A stretch of DNA of 32,606 nt. Source: a virus. Where the stretch lies: IMG/VR virus record IMGVR_UViG_3300045988_160698; one strand, written 5' to 3'. The notes beneath the pieces are model-generated. The model did not search any database. It was not told the origin of the DNA and saw only the letters and a program-made list of their open reading frames with translations. The first letter of the stretch is position 1. Each line of letters starts with the position of its first letter. The position numbers and the translations under genes were made by a program. Positions 6,910 through 15,990 of this stretch are shown piece by piece.

Positions 6910-8105
6910 TGGGCATCGAGGTCAAGCGCGATGCCAAAGGCGTTTGGTACGCGCAGCCCTATCTTGGTACGACTCCGGAGGGCAAGCAGATCAGGCCGCG
7001 CCGCAGCTTTCCCGAAGCCGCCACACGCGCCCAGGCGCAGGAATTGGCGAACCGCTGGCTCTCCGATATCTCCGCCGGCGGCAAGGTACAGAGCGTCGTT
7101 ATCGCCGATTTGCTGTACGCCTACATCGACGAGCGCCGCGCCAAGGGCGTGAGCCCTTACACGGTGAAGCGCTGGAAACTGTTCACCCGAAGCTATGTGG
7201 GCAGGTACCTCAAGGGCAAATCGGTGCTCGACCTAGGTGTGATGGAGTTCAACGACTTAGAGACGCGCCTGCTGCTGCCGAAAGATAAACGTGGTCAGGG
7301 TCTGTCGCGAAACACGGTGCGCAGCGTGCATTTCTTCCTTCGCGGTGCATACAACCACTGGATCAAGGCCGGTGTCTGCGAGACCAACCCGCTCTTCTAC
7401 GTCGAGCCGCCGCATGAGGACAAGCACGAGGCGGTTGCGCTCGACGAGTGGGATTACCCGGGTCTGGACGAAGCGATAACGACCGCGTTGCATCCAGACG
7501 AGCCCACGGAAAAGACCATGAGGGAAGCTGCGTACGCCTTCGCCGCCTGGCTCGCGCTGCACACCGGCATGCGCGTCGGCGAGGTGTGCGCGATACGCAG
7601 GAGGGACGTGTCGAAGCGCATGGGATACCTCCACGTGTGCGGCAAGATCGTCGAGCTTGACGGCGGCGGCGTCGAGCGCGTGGACGTTACCAAGGGCCGT
7701 AAGAGCCGCAACGTCTCCATGACCGAGCGTGAGTTTGAGACGATTTTCGGCTTTATCGAGCTTCAGGACGGTTTTACGGACGTGTTCACACCGAACATGC
7801 CGTTGGTGTCTTTTGACGGCTTCTTCATGCGTCCCACGACCGTCTCAAAGGCTTTCAGCCGCCTGCGCGACCGTTTGGGGCTGCCGAAGGGATGCACCTT
7901 CCACAGCCTTAGACATACGCACGCCACGTGGCTGCTTGCCAACGGCGCGAACCTCAAGGACATCGCCGAACGCTTCGGCCATGCGAACGAAGCCACGACG
8001 CTCAAGCTCTACGCCCACGCGATGCCCGGACGCGACCAGAGAGCCGCCGAGGTGTTCGACAAGTTCACCGACGAGCTTCGCGGGGGGACTGTAAACGATG
8101 TGTAA
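6909..8105 (+). CDS. Tyrosine recombinase, phage-integrase type, with an N-terminal arm-binding-like domain
   Basis: Catalytic signature LHTGMRVGE (Arg), HSLRHTHATWLL (His-x-x-Arg), GHANEATTLKLYAH (His and the nucleophile Tyr). The N-terminus IEVKRDAKGVWYAQPYLG...GKQIRPRRSF resembles integrase arm-type DNA-binding domains. Confidence 0.9.
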   Translation: MGIEVKRDAKGVWYAQPYLGTTPEGKQIRPRRSFPEAATRAQAQELANRWLSDISAGGKVQSVVIADLLYAYIDERRAKGVSPYTVKRWKLFTRSYVGRYLKGKSVLDLGVMEFNDLETRLLLPKDKRGQGLSRNTVRSVHFFLRGAYNHWIKAGVCETNPLFYVEPPHEDKHEAVALDEWDYPGLDEAITTALHPDEPTEKTMREAAYAFAAWLALHTGMRVGEVCAIRRRDVSKRMGYLHVCGKIVELDGGGVERVDVTKGRKSRNVSMTEREFETIFGFIELQDGFTDVFTPNMPLVSFDGFFMRPTTVSKAFSRLRDRLGLPKGCTFHSLRHTHATWLLANGANLKDIAERFGHANEATTLKLYAHAMPGRDQRAAEVFDKFTDELRGGTVNDV

Positions 8106-8222
8106 ACGGCTCGACTTCGGCCATTTGCGCATCGTCACGAAAAAGGAAGGTCAGACCGCAAATCCAGCGGTTTGGCAAAGGTTAGCCACCGTATTTCAAG
8201 TAAGAATCAGGAGCAACCAAAA

Positions 8223-8552
8223 ATGGTACCTAAATTGACTGCCAAACAAAGGCGCGCAGCCCTCGATAAGGGGATGCAGATCAGGCTTGAGCGTGCCGAG
8301 TACAAACAGAAGCTAAAAGACGGCTCGATGACCGTTGAGCAGTTCTTCAAGTTGGCTGACAGCGGATATCAGGCGGCCTACGGCATGCGCGTCTACTCGC
8401 TGCTCACTTCGCTGCCTGGGTATGGCGAAGTCAGATCGCGCCAGCTCATGAACGAACTCCGCATCGCCCAGGGTCGTAAGGTCAAGGGGCTTGGAACTAC
8501 GCAGCGTGCAAGGCTTATCTCGATTTTGATTGGCGATGGTGACGATGCTTAA
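8223..8552 (+). CDS. Actinobacterial-type integration host factor (mIHF-like)
   Basis: LTAKQRRAALDKG...RAEYKQKLKDG...GMRVYSLLTSLPGYGEVRSRQLMNELRIAQGRKVKGLGTTQRARL lines up by eye with the mycobacterial mIHF pattern (LT.EQR.AAL.K...RAE.K..LK.G...KMKVSALLEALP.VGKVKA..IM.EL.I...RR.RGLG.RQR..L). ATG at 8223 follows AGGAG. Confidence 0.75.
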   Translation: MVPKLTAKQRRAALDKGMQIRLERAEYKQKLKDGSMTVEQFFKLADSGYQAAYGMRVYSLLTSLPGYGEVRSRQLMNELRIAQGRKVKGLGTTQRARLISILIGDGDDA

Positions 8553-8772
8553 GAATCGACCGCACAAGGTGAAGAGGGTCTTGTCGCTGGTCTTCACCGT
8601 CCTGATGTGCGTGCTGCTCGTCGTGATTCTCTTCGTGTCGTTCTGCATCATCGAAGCGACCGTGATGCTGTTTACCGGCGGCACGTTCTCACTGCTCTTT
8701 CCGGCAATCGCTACCGTGGCGATGCTCTTCGCGCTTATCGCGCTCGCAATCGTGAGCGGTGGTGCCGCATGA
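8545..8772 (+). CDS. Small membrane protein with two TM helices
   Basis: Hydrophobic runs VLSLVFTVLMCVLLVVILFVSFCII and LLFPAIATVAMLFALIALAIV. The start (8536 or 8545) overlaps the mIHF stop. Confidence 0.5.
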   Translation: MLKNRPHKVKRVLSLVFTVLMCVLLVVILFVSFCIIEATVMLFTGGTFSLLFPAIATVAMLFALIALAIVSGGAA

Positions 8773-9194
8773 GCGCCGAGAGCCTGAACACCTGCACGCT
8801 GAGCGGCAATCTCGGTAACGATGCCGAGGTGCGCTACACCAAGGGCGGCACACCTATCACCTCGTTCTCACTTGCCGTCAACCGCCGCCGCCGAACACAA
8901 GACGGCAGCTACGAGGATGAGACGAGCTGGGTCGACTGCACGCTGTTCGGTAAGCGCGGGGTAGCCCTGCAAGCGAACGGCTACCTGCACAAGGGCGCAC
9001 GGATCGCCATCACCGGGCACCTGCGAATGGCCGTCTGGGAAGCGGACGGTAAGCGCCATCGAAAGCTGGAGGTCATCGTCGACAACATCATCGGCATGAC
9101 CAGCTACCGTCAACCGCAAACCCAGCAGCCGCAACAGGCACCTCAACCGCAGGTCAACGCACCCGAGCTTTACGACGAAGACATTCCGTTTTAG
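8769..9194 (+). CDS. ssb: Single-stranded DNA-binding protein
   Basis: OB-fold SSB pattern (LNTCTLSGNLGNDAEVRYTKGGTPITSFSLAVN...W..C.LFGK.A). Gln/Pro-rich linker. Acidic tail ending DEDIPF. ATGA overlap with the upstream gene. Confidence 0.9.
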   Translation: MSAESLNTCTLSGNLGNDAEVRYTKGGTPITSFSLAVNRRRRTQDGSYEDETSWVDCTLFGKRGVALQANGYLHKGARIAITGHLRMAVWEADGKRHRKLEVIVDNIIGMTSYRQPQTQQPQQAPQPQVNAPELYDEDIPF

Positions 9195-9202
9195 GAGGAA
9201 AG

Positions 9203-9640
9203 ATGTACGGACGAAAGATGAACGTGAAGGTGATGAACGGATCGGAGCGGCCGCGCTATGCGCATGAGGGCGACGCCGGCTTCGACATGTGCCTTACCGA
9301 GGACTGCCGCCTTGAGCCAAACGCCAGAGCCATCGTCGGACTTGGCTGCGCGTTCGAGATTCCGAGCGGCTGTGTCGGCCTGCTCTTCCCGCGCTCTGGT
9401 CTGGCGAGCAAGCACGACGTGACGCTCAGCCACGGTGTCGGCGTTATCGACAGCTGCTATCGCGGCGAGGTCAGCGCACCGCTCGTCAACCTCAGCTGCG
9501 ATATCGTCAACCTGCCGAAGGGCTCGCGCGTCTGCCAGATGGTCATCGTGCCGTTCGTGCCGTGTCAGCTCGTCGAGGTCGACGAGCTGACGGACACCGA
9601 GCGCGGAGCCGATGGCCTCGGCTCCACCGACATCGAGTAG
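9203..9640 (+). CDS. dut: dUTP diphosphatase (trimeric dUTPase)
   Basis: Motifs AGFD, PRSGLASK, GVIDSCYRGE and ERGADGLGST. TAGGAGG RBS. Confidence 0.9.
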   Translation: MYGRKMNVKVMNGSERPRYAHEGDAGFDMCLTEDCRLEPNARAIVGLGCAFEIPSGCVGLLFPRSGLASKHDVTLSHGVGVIDSCYRGEVSAPLVNLSCDIVNLPKGSRVCQMVIVPFVPCQLVEVDELTDTERGADGLGSTDIE

Positions 9641-9649
9641 GCGAAGCGC

Positions 9650-10096
9650 GTGGATGCCAAGGAGTATTTCGAAGCCATCCGCGAGGAAGTGAAGGCCATC
9701 GAGGGCACGAGGGAAATGCTGGCAAGGCTCAGGGCGAGGGAAGGAGCGAAAGCCCAGAGCTACAGCGGCGGCGGTGGCGGCGGGTATGCCGACCCGATGG
9801 ATGCAATCAATGGCCGAATCGATCTGGAGGGCAGGTTCGAGCGGCGCATCGCCGACAGCTCAGCCGCCATTGATGAAGCGTGCGCGGTGCTCTATGGCAG
9901 TGACAACCGTGGCGGTCTCGCAAGGCAGAAGGGCAACCGATATGCCGACGCGATCTGCATGGGTTACTGTCAGGCCATGCCGTGGACTGAGGTTGCAGCC
10001 GTCATGCAGTGCTCACCGAAGTGGTGCCGAGAGCTTTGCAACGCTGCGTTCAGGTACATCGACGCAGTTGGCATGGCATGGCTGAAAGAAAATTGA
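9650..10096 (+). CDS. Putative late-gene transcriptional regulator (sigma-70 region-4-like / HTH C-terminus)
   Basis: GTG start. The C-terminal ICMGYCQAMPWTEVAAVMQCSPKWCRELCNAAFRYID resembles a region-4-like HTH. It is the last gene before the terminator and the packaging module. The functional call is weak. Confidence 0.4.
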   Translation: MDAKEYFEAIREEVKAIEGTREMLARLRAREGAKAQSYSGGGGGGYADPMDAINGRIDLEGRFERRIADSSAAIDEACAVLYGSDNRGGLARQKGNRYADAICMGYCQAMPWTEVAAVMQCSPKWCRELCNAAFRYIDAVGMAWLKEN

Positions 10097-10162
10097 AATC
10101 GGTACTTCCCTTCAGTTCCCGCCTTGTGCTAAAGTTCGGTACGGTGGATTAGGTAAGCAAAA

Positions 10163-10194
10163 GGGACACGGGCTCCGGCTCGCGTCCCTTTTTT
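10163..10194 (+). terminator. Rho-independent terminator ending the early operon
   Basis: GGGACaCGgGC-tccg-GCtCGcGTCCC stem (10163-10188), followed by TTTTTT (10189-10194). Confidence 0.7.
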
Positions 10195-10211
10195 GTTGGG
10201 AAGGCGCGGCA

Positions 10212-10541
10212 ATGGCTAAGGGCTTCTCGTATAGCTTCTACCATTCGACGGACTGGGAGCACGCCCGCGAGCAGGCTCTACAGCGTGACGCCTACCTGTG
10301 CCAGCACTGCCTGGCTCAGGGCATCGCAACACCGGCGGTCATGGTTCATCACATCGTCGAGCTGACTCCGGCGAACATCAACGATCCGAACATCAGCACT
10401 GACCCGAAGAACCTTGTCAGCCTTTGCGACCTGTGCCACAAGAAGGTGCACGGATGGGTAAGGCAGGGCAGCACAAGGCAAGGGCTGGTCTTTGACGAGG
10501 ACGGCAACTTGATTTCACTGGACAGCGAACACACAGACTGA
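10212..10541 (+). CDS. HNH endonuclease (packaging-associated)
   Basis: CQHC...HHI...N...LCDLCHKKVH motif. Sits directly upstream of the terminase genes. Confidence 0.9.
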   Translation: MAKGFSYSFYHSTDWEHAREQALQRDAYLCQHCLAQGIATPAVMVHHIVELTPANINDPNISTDPKNLVSLCDLCHKKVHGWVRQGSTRQGLVFDEDGNLISLDSEHTD

Positions 10542-10694
10542 GCACAACCAACTGCTCACAAAACATGGACAACAAAACAGCAGGTCAGAGCGCCGAGCAA
10601 TCCCCCCATTCGAAAACCTAGGCTAGTGGCCTAGGGCACCAACGCCGGGAGATAGATTTATGCGCGCAGAAGTTCCCAGAACGGGGGTGGTCTT

Positions 10695-11123
10695 GTGGCA
10701 AAGAGAAAAGTGTGCGAAAGTACCGAGATTTCGCCGAAAGTTGCGAAAAGTCCCCCGAAGCGGAGCGGGCAGACGATACAGGCGCGCTACCAAAGCGAGC
10801 TCAAGAAACTCCAGCGTCTCACCAAGGACGTGATTCCCGACGATAGGCGCAACGCCATCATGCCGCTGATGTCGAACATCGCGTTTTTGAAGGTCAAGCT
10901 CGACCAGGCTCGCAACGAGCTGATGGGGGAGAGCATCTTCACCGAGTACGACAACGGCGGCGGCCAATCAGGCGTTCGCGAGCATCCCGGCTTCTCCGCC
11001 TACAACAAGCAGTTCACAACGTTCTCGCGCGGCATCAAGCAGATCACCGACATGATGCCGACCGGCAGCACCGCCGCAGACGCGCTCGCGGAATATCTGA
11101 ACGAGACGAGGTTCGGTGGCTAG
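10695..11123 (+). CDS. terS: Terminase small subunit (called by position; P27-like)
   Basis: 142-aa ORF between the HNH and TerL genes. GTG start after GGGGGTGG. Overlaps the TerL start. Family assignment is tentative. Confidence 0.6.
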   Translation: MAKRKVCESTEISPKVAKSPPKRSGQTIQARYQSELKKLQRLTKDVIPDDRRNAIMPLMSNIAFLKVKLDQARNELMGESIFTEYDNGGGQSGVREHPGFSAYNKQFTTFSRGIKQITDMMPTGSTAADALAEYLNETRFGG

Positions 11124-12837
11124 GAAGAAGGCCGCCGGATCGTGTGAGAAGGCCATCCGAGAGTATTTCGGCGGCGTTCTCGACGGAACCATTACCGCCT
11201 GCGAGAAGATTCAGCAGGTGGCTGCGCATGTCCTGCGCGATATGGACAGCTCAGACCCTCTGTACCCTTACCATTTCCGCGAGGAATACGCGGCGAAGCA
11301 CGTCAACTTCATCGAGCGCTTCTGCCGGCTGCCGTCCGGCAAGCTCGGTCATGCTTTCAAACTGGAGCTGTTCCAGCGGGCAATCCTGTCGGTCATCTTC
11401 GGCTTCGTCGATGTCGAGGGCAAGCGCCAGTACCGCGAAGTGCTCTGGATCATGGGTCGAAAGAACGGCAAGACCGCGCTGGCATCTGCCGTCGAGCTGG
11501 ACTTGCTCATCAATGACGATGAGGGCGCGCCGGAAGTCTACAACGTCGCGACTGCACACGACCAGGCGGCCAAGGGCTTCAACAATGCCTGGCGCATGGT
11601 GATGACATCACCGGCTCTTGGCAGGCACGTGCGAAAGCGCGTGAGCGATCTCTACTGCGACCTCAACATGGGGTCGATTAAGGCGCTGAGCGCCAACACC
11701 AACCACCTAGACGGTCTCGATATCTCCGGTGCCATCGTGGACGAGCTTGCGGCAATGAAGAACCGCGACCTCTACGACCTCACGATTCAGGGCACCTCCG
11801 CGCGCCGGCAACCGCTGGTGTTGGAGATCACCACGAACGGCTTCGTGCGCAACGGCATCTTCGATGCACAGTACGAATACGCCACAAAGTGGCTGGACGG
11901 TCAGGCAACGGGTGAGAAAGCCGAGCGCTTCATCGCGTTCATCTACGAGCTCGACGAGCGCGAGGAATGGCGGGACGAATCAGCATGGATTAAGGCCAAT
12001 CCCTGTCTCGGGACGATCAAGAGCCTAAACAGCCTTCGCCAGAACGTGAGCAAGGCCAAGGACGATCCGACATTCCTGCCGACGCTCCTGGTCAAAGACT
12101 TCAACCTCATCGAGAACCAGAGCCAAGCATGGCTCACGTGGGCTGAGATTCACAATGACGAGACGTTCGACCCGGCAGACGGGTCGTTCTCCTACGCGGT
12201 GCTCGGTGTCGACGCATCGGACACGACCGACCTCACGGCGGCGTGCCTGTTGATGATGAGGCCGGGCGATGAGCGTATCTACGCGATGCACATGGCTTGG
12301 ATTCCGCTCCGTGCGCTGGAGCAGGCGGAGGCAGAAGGTCGGCGCGGCGGTCGTGACGGCGTGCCGTACGACGCGTGGATTGCGCGCGGCCTGCTGCGAA
12401 CATCCGCGACGCCGATTATCGACAAGCGCGAGGTGCTCGATTGGGTCGACGAGGTACGCGAGAGGTGCGGTATCTACGCCGTCGCATGCGGCTACGACCC
12501 GTGGCACATGCGAGACGTCCCCACGGTGGAAGCCTACGAGGGCTATTTCGGCGCGGACAACTTCCGGAAGGTCATCCAGGGCGCGCAGACGCTTTCGATG
12601 CCCATGAAGGAGCTGCGAGCACTCTACAAGGAGAACCGCATCGTCGACAACTCAAACCCGATCGCCGAATGGTGCCGCTCGAACGTTGCGGTGCGAAGCG
12701 ACGCGAACGGCAACATCGCGCCTGACAAGAAGAATCAAGACCCGCGCAACCGAATAGACGCGTGGGCAGCGGAGTGCGACGCATTCGTCGTGCTCAAGGA
12801 CATGATGGACGATTTCAAAAGCATGATTGGGGGTTAG
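11116..12837 (+). CDS. terL: Terminase large subunit
   Basis: 573 aa. ATPase region LELFQRAILSVIFGF...REVLWIMGRKNGKTAL (Walker A-like). IVDELAAM (Walker B-like). The C-terminal nuclease part is typical of Terminase_1 / HK97-like TerL. Confidence 0.93.
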   Translation: MARKKAAGSCEKAIREYFGGVLDGTITACEKIQQVAAHVLRDMDSSDPLYPYHFREEYAAKHVNFIERFCRLPSGKLGHAFKLELFQRAILSVIFGFVDVEGKRQYREVLWIMGRKNGKTALASAVELDLLINDDEGAPEVYNVATAHDQAAKGFNNAWRMVMTSPALGRHVRKRVSDLYCDLNMGSIKALSANTNHLDGLDISGAIVDELAAMKNRDLYDLTIQGTSARRQPLVLEITTNGFVRNGIFDAQYEYATKWLDGQATGEKAERFIAFIYELDEREEWRDESAWIKANPCLGTIKSLNSLRQNVSKAKDDPTFLPTLLVKDFNLIENQSQAWLTWAEIHNDETFDPADGSFSYAVLGVDASDTTDLTAACLLMMRPGDERIYAMHMAWIPLRALEQAEAEGRRGGRDGVPYDAWIARGLLRTSATPIIDKREVLDWVDEVRERCGIYAVACGYDPWHMRDVPTVEAYEGYFGADNFRKVIQGAQTLSMPMKELRALYKENRIVDNSNPIAEWCRSNVAVRSDANGNIAPDKKNQDPRNRIDAWAAECDAFVVLKDMMDDFKSMIGG

Positions 12838-12839
12838 CC

Positions 12840-14099
12840 GTGGCGAAAATAACGTCGGCGTTCCGTTCCATGTTCGATGCCGTCTTCCACAAGCCGATCA
12901 TGAAGGCGGTTGACGGGTATTTCCAGACATTCACGGCGTACGCGCCGCGTTTCAGCACGTGGAGCGGCGGCATCTACGAAGCCGAGCTGACGAGAAGCAT
13001 CATCGAGCGCAACGCAGACCATGCGAGCAAGTTGAAGCCGGAGGTCACCGGCACCGCGCAGGGTGCCGCCACGCGGTCGCTGGAATGGAAACCTAACCCT
13101 TGGATGACGACGCCGCAGTTCCTGCACCGCGTCTCGACTGTGCTCGATGTGTGCGACACGTGCCTTATCGTGCCGATCACCGATGCCGACATGGTTACCA
13201 TCGTCGGCTACTACCCAGTTCTGCCTGGGCAGTGCGAGGCATACGATGTCGGCGGCCAACTCTGGCTCAAGCTGTCGTTCGGCGGTGGCGAGCAGACGCT
13301 AATCGAGTGGTCGCGCGTCGGCGTGCTGACAAGGCATCAGTTCAAAAGCGACCTTTTCGGAGACGGCACCGATGTGCTCCGTCCCACGCTGGAGCTGATG
13401 CACGCGCAGACGGAGGCCGAGAAGACCGCAATCGAGCAGGGTGCCGCCATTCGATTCATCGGCAAGATGAGCCAGAACCGCAACCCAGAAGACCTCGAAA
13501 AGGCTCGCAAGGAGTTCAACAAGCAGCTCGGTACCGCAAACGCGGGCGGCATCGCCGTGTACGACAACAAGTACAACGACGTGAAGCAGATCACGCCGCA
13601 GAACTACACAGTCGACGCTGCGCAGATGGAGCGAATTGAGAAAGCCGCATACCGTTTCTTCGGCAGCAACGAAGATATCGTCATGAACCGTGCCGACGAG
13701 GACACATACAACGCCTTCTACGAGGGGCGAACCGAGGTCTTCGCCGTGCAGCTGGGCTACGTGCTCACCTGCATGACGTTCACGCCGAACGAGATCGCGC
13801 ACGGAAACTCAATCATGTTCAGCGCGAACCGACTTGAGTTCGCGAGCAACCAGACGAAGCTCAACGTAAGCACATCGCTATACGACCGTGGAGTCATGAC
13901 GGGCAATCAGGTCGCGGACGTGTTCCAGCTACCGCACTACGAGGGCGGCGACCGCCATGTCATTCGCGGCGAGTACATCGACCTTGACCTGATCAGCGAG
14001 CACACATCGGAACAGGCGGCGAAGGCCGCCGAGACGAACGCGAATATCGCAAAAATCGACGGAAAGGACGGCGATGCCGATGCCGGCGAAACCGAATGA
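12840..14099 (+). CDS. Portal protein (HK97-family type)
   Basis: Position after TerL and size about 419 aa. GTG at 12840 follows GGGGG directly after the TerL stop. The upstream part of the track ORF overlaps TerL. Confidence 0.85.
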   Translation: MAKITSAFRSMFDAVFHKPIMKAVDGYFQTFTAYAPRFSTWSGGIYEAELTRSIIERNADHASKLKPEVTGTAQGAATRSLEWKPNPWMTTPQFLHRVSTVLDVCDTCLIVPITDADMVTIVGYYPVLPGQCEAYDVGGQLWLKLSFGGGEQTLIEWSRVGVLTRHQFKSDLFGDGTDVLRPTLELMHAQTEAEKTAIEQGAAIRFIGKMSQNRNPEDLEKARKEFNKQLGTANAGGIAVYDNKYNDVKQITPQNYTVDAAQMERIEKAAYRFFGSNEDIVMNRADEDTYNAFYEGRTEVFAVQLGYVLTCMTFTPNEIAHGNSIMFSANRLEFASNQTKLNVSTSLYDRGVMTGNQVADVFQLPHYEGGDRHVIRGEYIDLDLISEHTSEQAAKAAETNANIAKIDGKDGDADAGETE

Positions 14100-14709
14100 G
14101 CGCCAGTACCGCCAGATGTCGGTAGTCTTGAGAAGCCTTGACGGCGGTGAAGGCCGTGAGAAGCGCATCGAATCCGACTATTACACAGAGGGATACGCTT
14201 CGACATTCAATGACCCGTATGTCCTATGGGAAGACTCGTGGGACGGAACCGAATACCGCGAGGTCATCAGCCCCGATGCGTTCATTGACTGCGATATGAG
14301 CGACATCATCATGCAGTATGACCACTGCGGCAAGGTGCTCGCACGCCTGTCCAACGGCACGCTGATCGTCGAGCCTGACGAGCACGGCCTGTTTGTGGCT
14401 GCCGACCTGTCTAAATCCGTTGAAGCGCGCAACCTGTTCGAGGAAATCGATAACGAACTCATCACGCGCATGTCATGGGCATTCACCATCGGCGCATCGG
14501 AGTACGACAGGGATACGCACACCTCGACCATCACGAGGGTCAAGAAGATTTATGACGTGTCTGCGGTCAGCTATCCGGCTGACCCCAACACAGAAATAAG
14601 TGCAAGAAATCTTCTCAACGGAGTGATTGAGAAGTCGCGCGGGGAGCACGCGCGCCGAAGAAACGCGCTCATCCGTGCGCGTGCAGTAATGGCAATCGCC
14701 ACCAATTAG
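14074..14709 (+). CDS. Prohead serine protease (HK97 / S78-type)
   Basis: EGYASTFN..., DH.G..LAR, RMSWAF and DVSAVSYPADP patterns. Sits between the portal and capsid genes. Confidence 0.85.
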   Translation: MPMPAKPNERQYRQMSVVLRSLDGGEGREKRIESDYYTEGYASTFNDPYVLWEDSWDGTEYREVISPDAFIDCDMSDIIMQYDHCGKVLARLSNGTLIVEPDEHGLFVAADLSKSVEARNLFEEIDNELITRMSWAFTIGASEYDRDTHTSTITRVKKIYDVSAVSYPADPNTEISARNLLNGVIEKSRGEHARRRNALIRARAVMAIATN

Positions 14710-14722
14710 AAAGGGAACAAAC

Positions 14723-15976
14723 ATGAACCTTGAAGATCTGCTGAAAGAGCTCCAGGCGCTCGTCGACAAGTACGGCGATGACACCGACCCGTCCGATGAG
14801 GACGCCGCCCGCATGGCAGAGCTCACCAACGAGATCAACCAGCGCCGTGCACAGCTCGACCAGACCGCGCAGACCCGCGCCGCCGCAGTGGCAGCCGCCC
14901 GCGCCGCCATCGACAACGGCACCGCTCAGCGCATCGATTCCGTCCCACTGGCTCGCTCCGCAAACAACTTCGGCACCGGCGCGGTCTACGACACGACCGA
15001 CTACGCCGCCGCCGAGCAGCGCGCGTGGGTGAAGGGCGTCGCCGAGCGCGCCGGCGTCCAGCTGGTAGAGGGTTACGCGCTGACCGACGCGGAGCGCGCC
15101 GCGCAGAACCACGCTATGCAGCAGCGAGCCGAATTCAACCACACGACCGCCAACACCGGTTCCGTCATTCCCGTCGAGCTGCAAAACGAGATTATCTCGC
15201 TCATCGACAACACCGCCGTTCTGTGGGGCGACATGCCGAAGCAGAACTTCCCCCATCAGTTCGAGATTATCCGCCACAAGTCCATTGATGCTGGCGACGC
15301 CGCCCAGACCGCCGAGGGCGCAGCGCCGACTGATGGTGAGCAGAACGCGTACGACACGCTCAAGTTCGAGGGCGTCGAGATTAAGAAGACCCTGAAGATA
15401 AGCCGCCGCATGGCCGTCCAGTCCGTCGATTCCTTCCAGTCTTACCTTGTCAAAGAGATTGCTGCACGACTGTCCGTTGCCTGCAACACCCACGCCCACG
15501 CGCGCCTGGTCAACAAGGACTACGGCATGGAGGAAACGAACAAAATCAAGACTTCCACGGTCAATGCGCTCAAGAAAGCCGACCTCGCCGGACTGCTCTC
15601 CAAGCTCTACACCTACAACAACCCAGCACCCAAGGGTGCCATCATCTACGCCAACAACAACGTCATCTGGAACTTCATCGCCATGCTCGAGGACAGCAAC
15701 GGGCGCTCCTATTTCGTCGACGAGAAGAATGCCGACCCGTCCGTCGAGGGCCACATCTTCGGCAAGCTGGTCAAGCGCGACGATTCCATTGCCGACGGCG
15801 TGATCATCGCCGGCTACCCCGACCTGTTCGAGGGCAACGTGTTTGACGGTCCCGACGTGATACCCTATATCGCGCCCGACGGAAGCCAGAACCGCTGCTT
15901 CGACGGTTACGAGCTCATCGACTGCGGCCTTGCAGTGCCCAAGTCGTTCGCCCAGCTGACCATCAAGACTGCCTAG
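14723..15976 (+). CDS. Major capsid protein (HK97 fold) with an N-terminal delta/scaffold domain
   Basis: 417 aa. Coiled-coil N-terminus (LEDLLKELQALVDKYG...). Position after the protease. GGGAAC-type RBS. Confidence 0.88.
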   Translation: MNLEDLLKELQALVDKYGDDTDPSDEDAARMAELTNEINQRRAQLDQTAQTRAAAVAAARAAIDNGTAQRIDSVPLARSANNFGTGAVYDTTDYAAAEQRAWVKGVAERAGVQLVEGYALTDAERAAQNHAMQQRAEFNHTTANTGSVIPVELQNEIISLIDNTAVLWGDMPKQNFPHQFEIIRHKSIDAGDAAQTAEGAAPTDGEQNAYDTLKFEGVEIKKTLKISRRMAVQSVDSFQSYLVKEIAARLSVACNTHAHARLVNKDYGMEETNKIKTSTVNALKKADLAGLLSKLYTYNNPAPKGAIIYANNNVIWNFIAMLEDSNGRSYFVDEKNADPSVEGHIFGKLVKRDDSIADGVIIAGYPDLFEGNVFDGPDVIPYIAPDGSQNRCFDGYELIDCGLAVPKSFAQLTIKTA

Positions 15977-15990
15977 GGAGGTCTCGCGCC

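Noticed and set aside
8123-8163. 7-bp inverted repeat ATTTGCG...CGCAAAT downstream of the tyrosine integrase, considered as an att or binding site
   Set aside because: The arms are too short and are 27 nt apart, so this could easily arise by chance. There is no supporting repeat structure.
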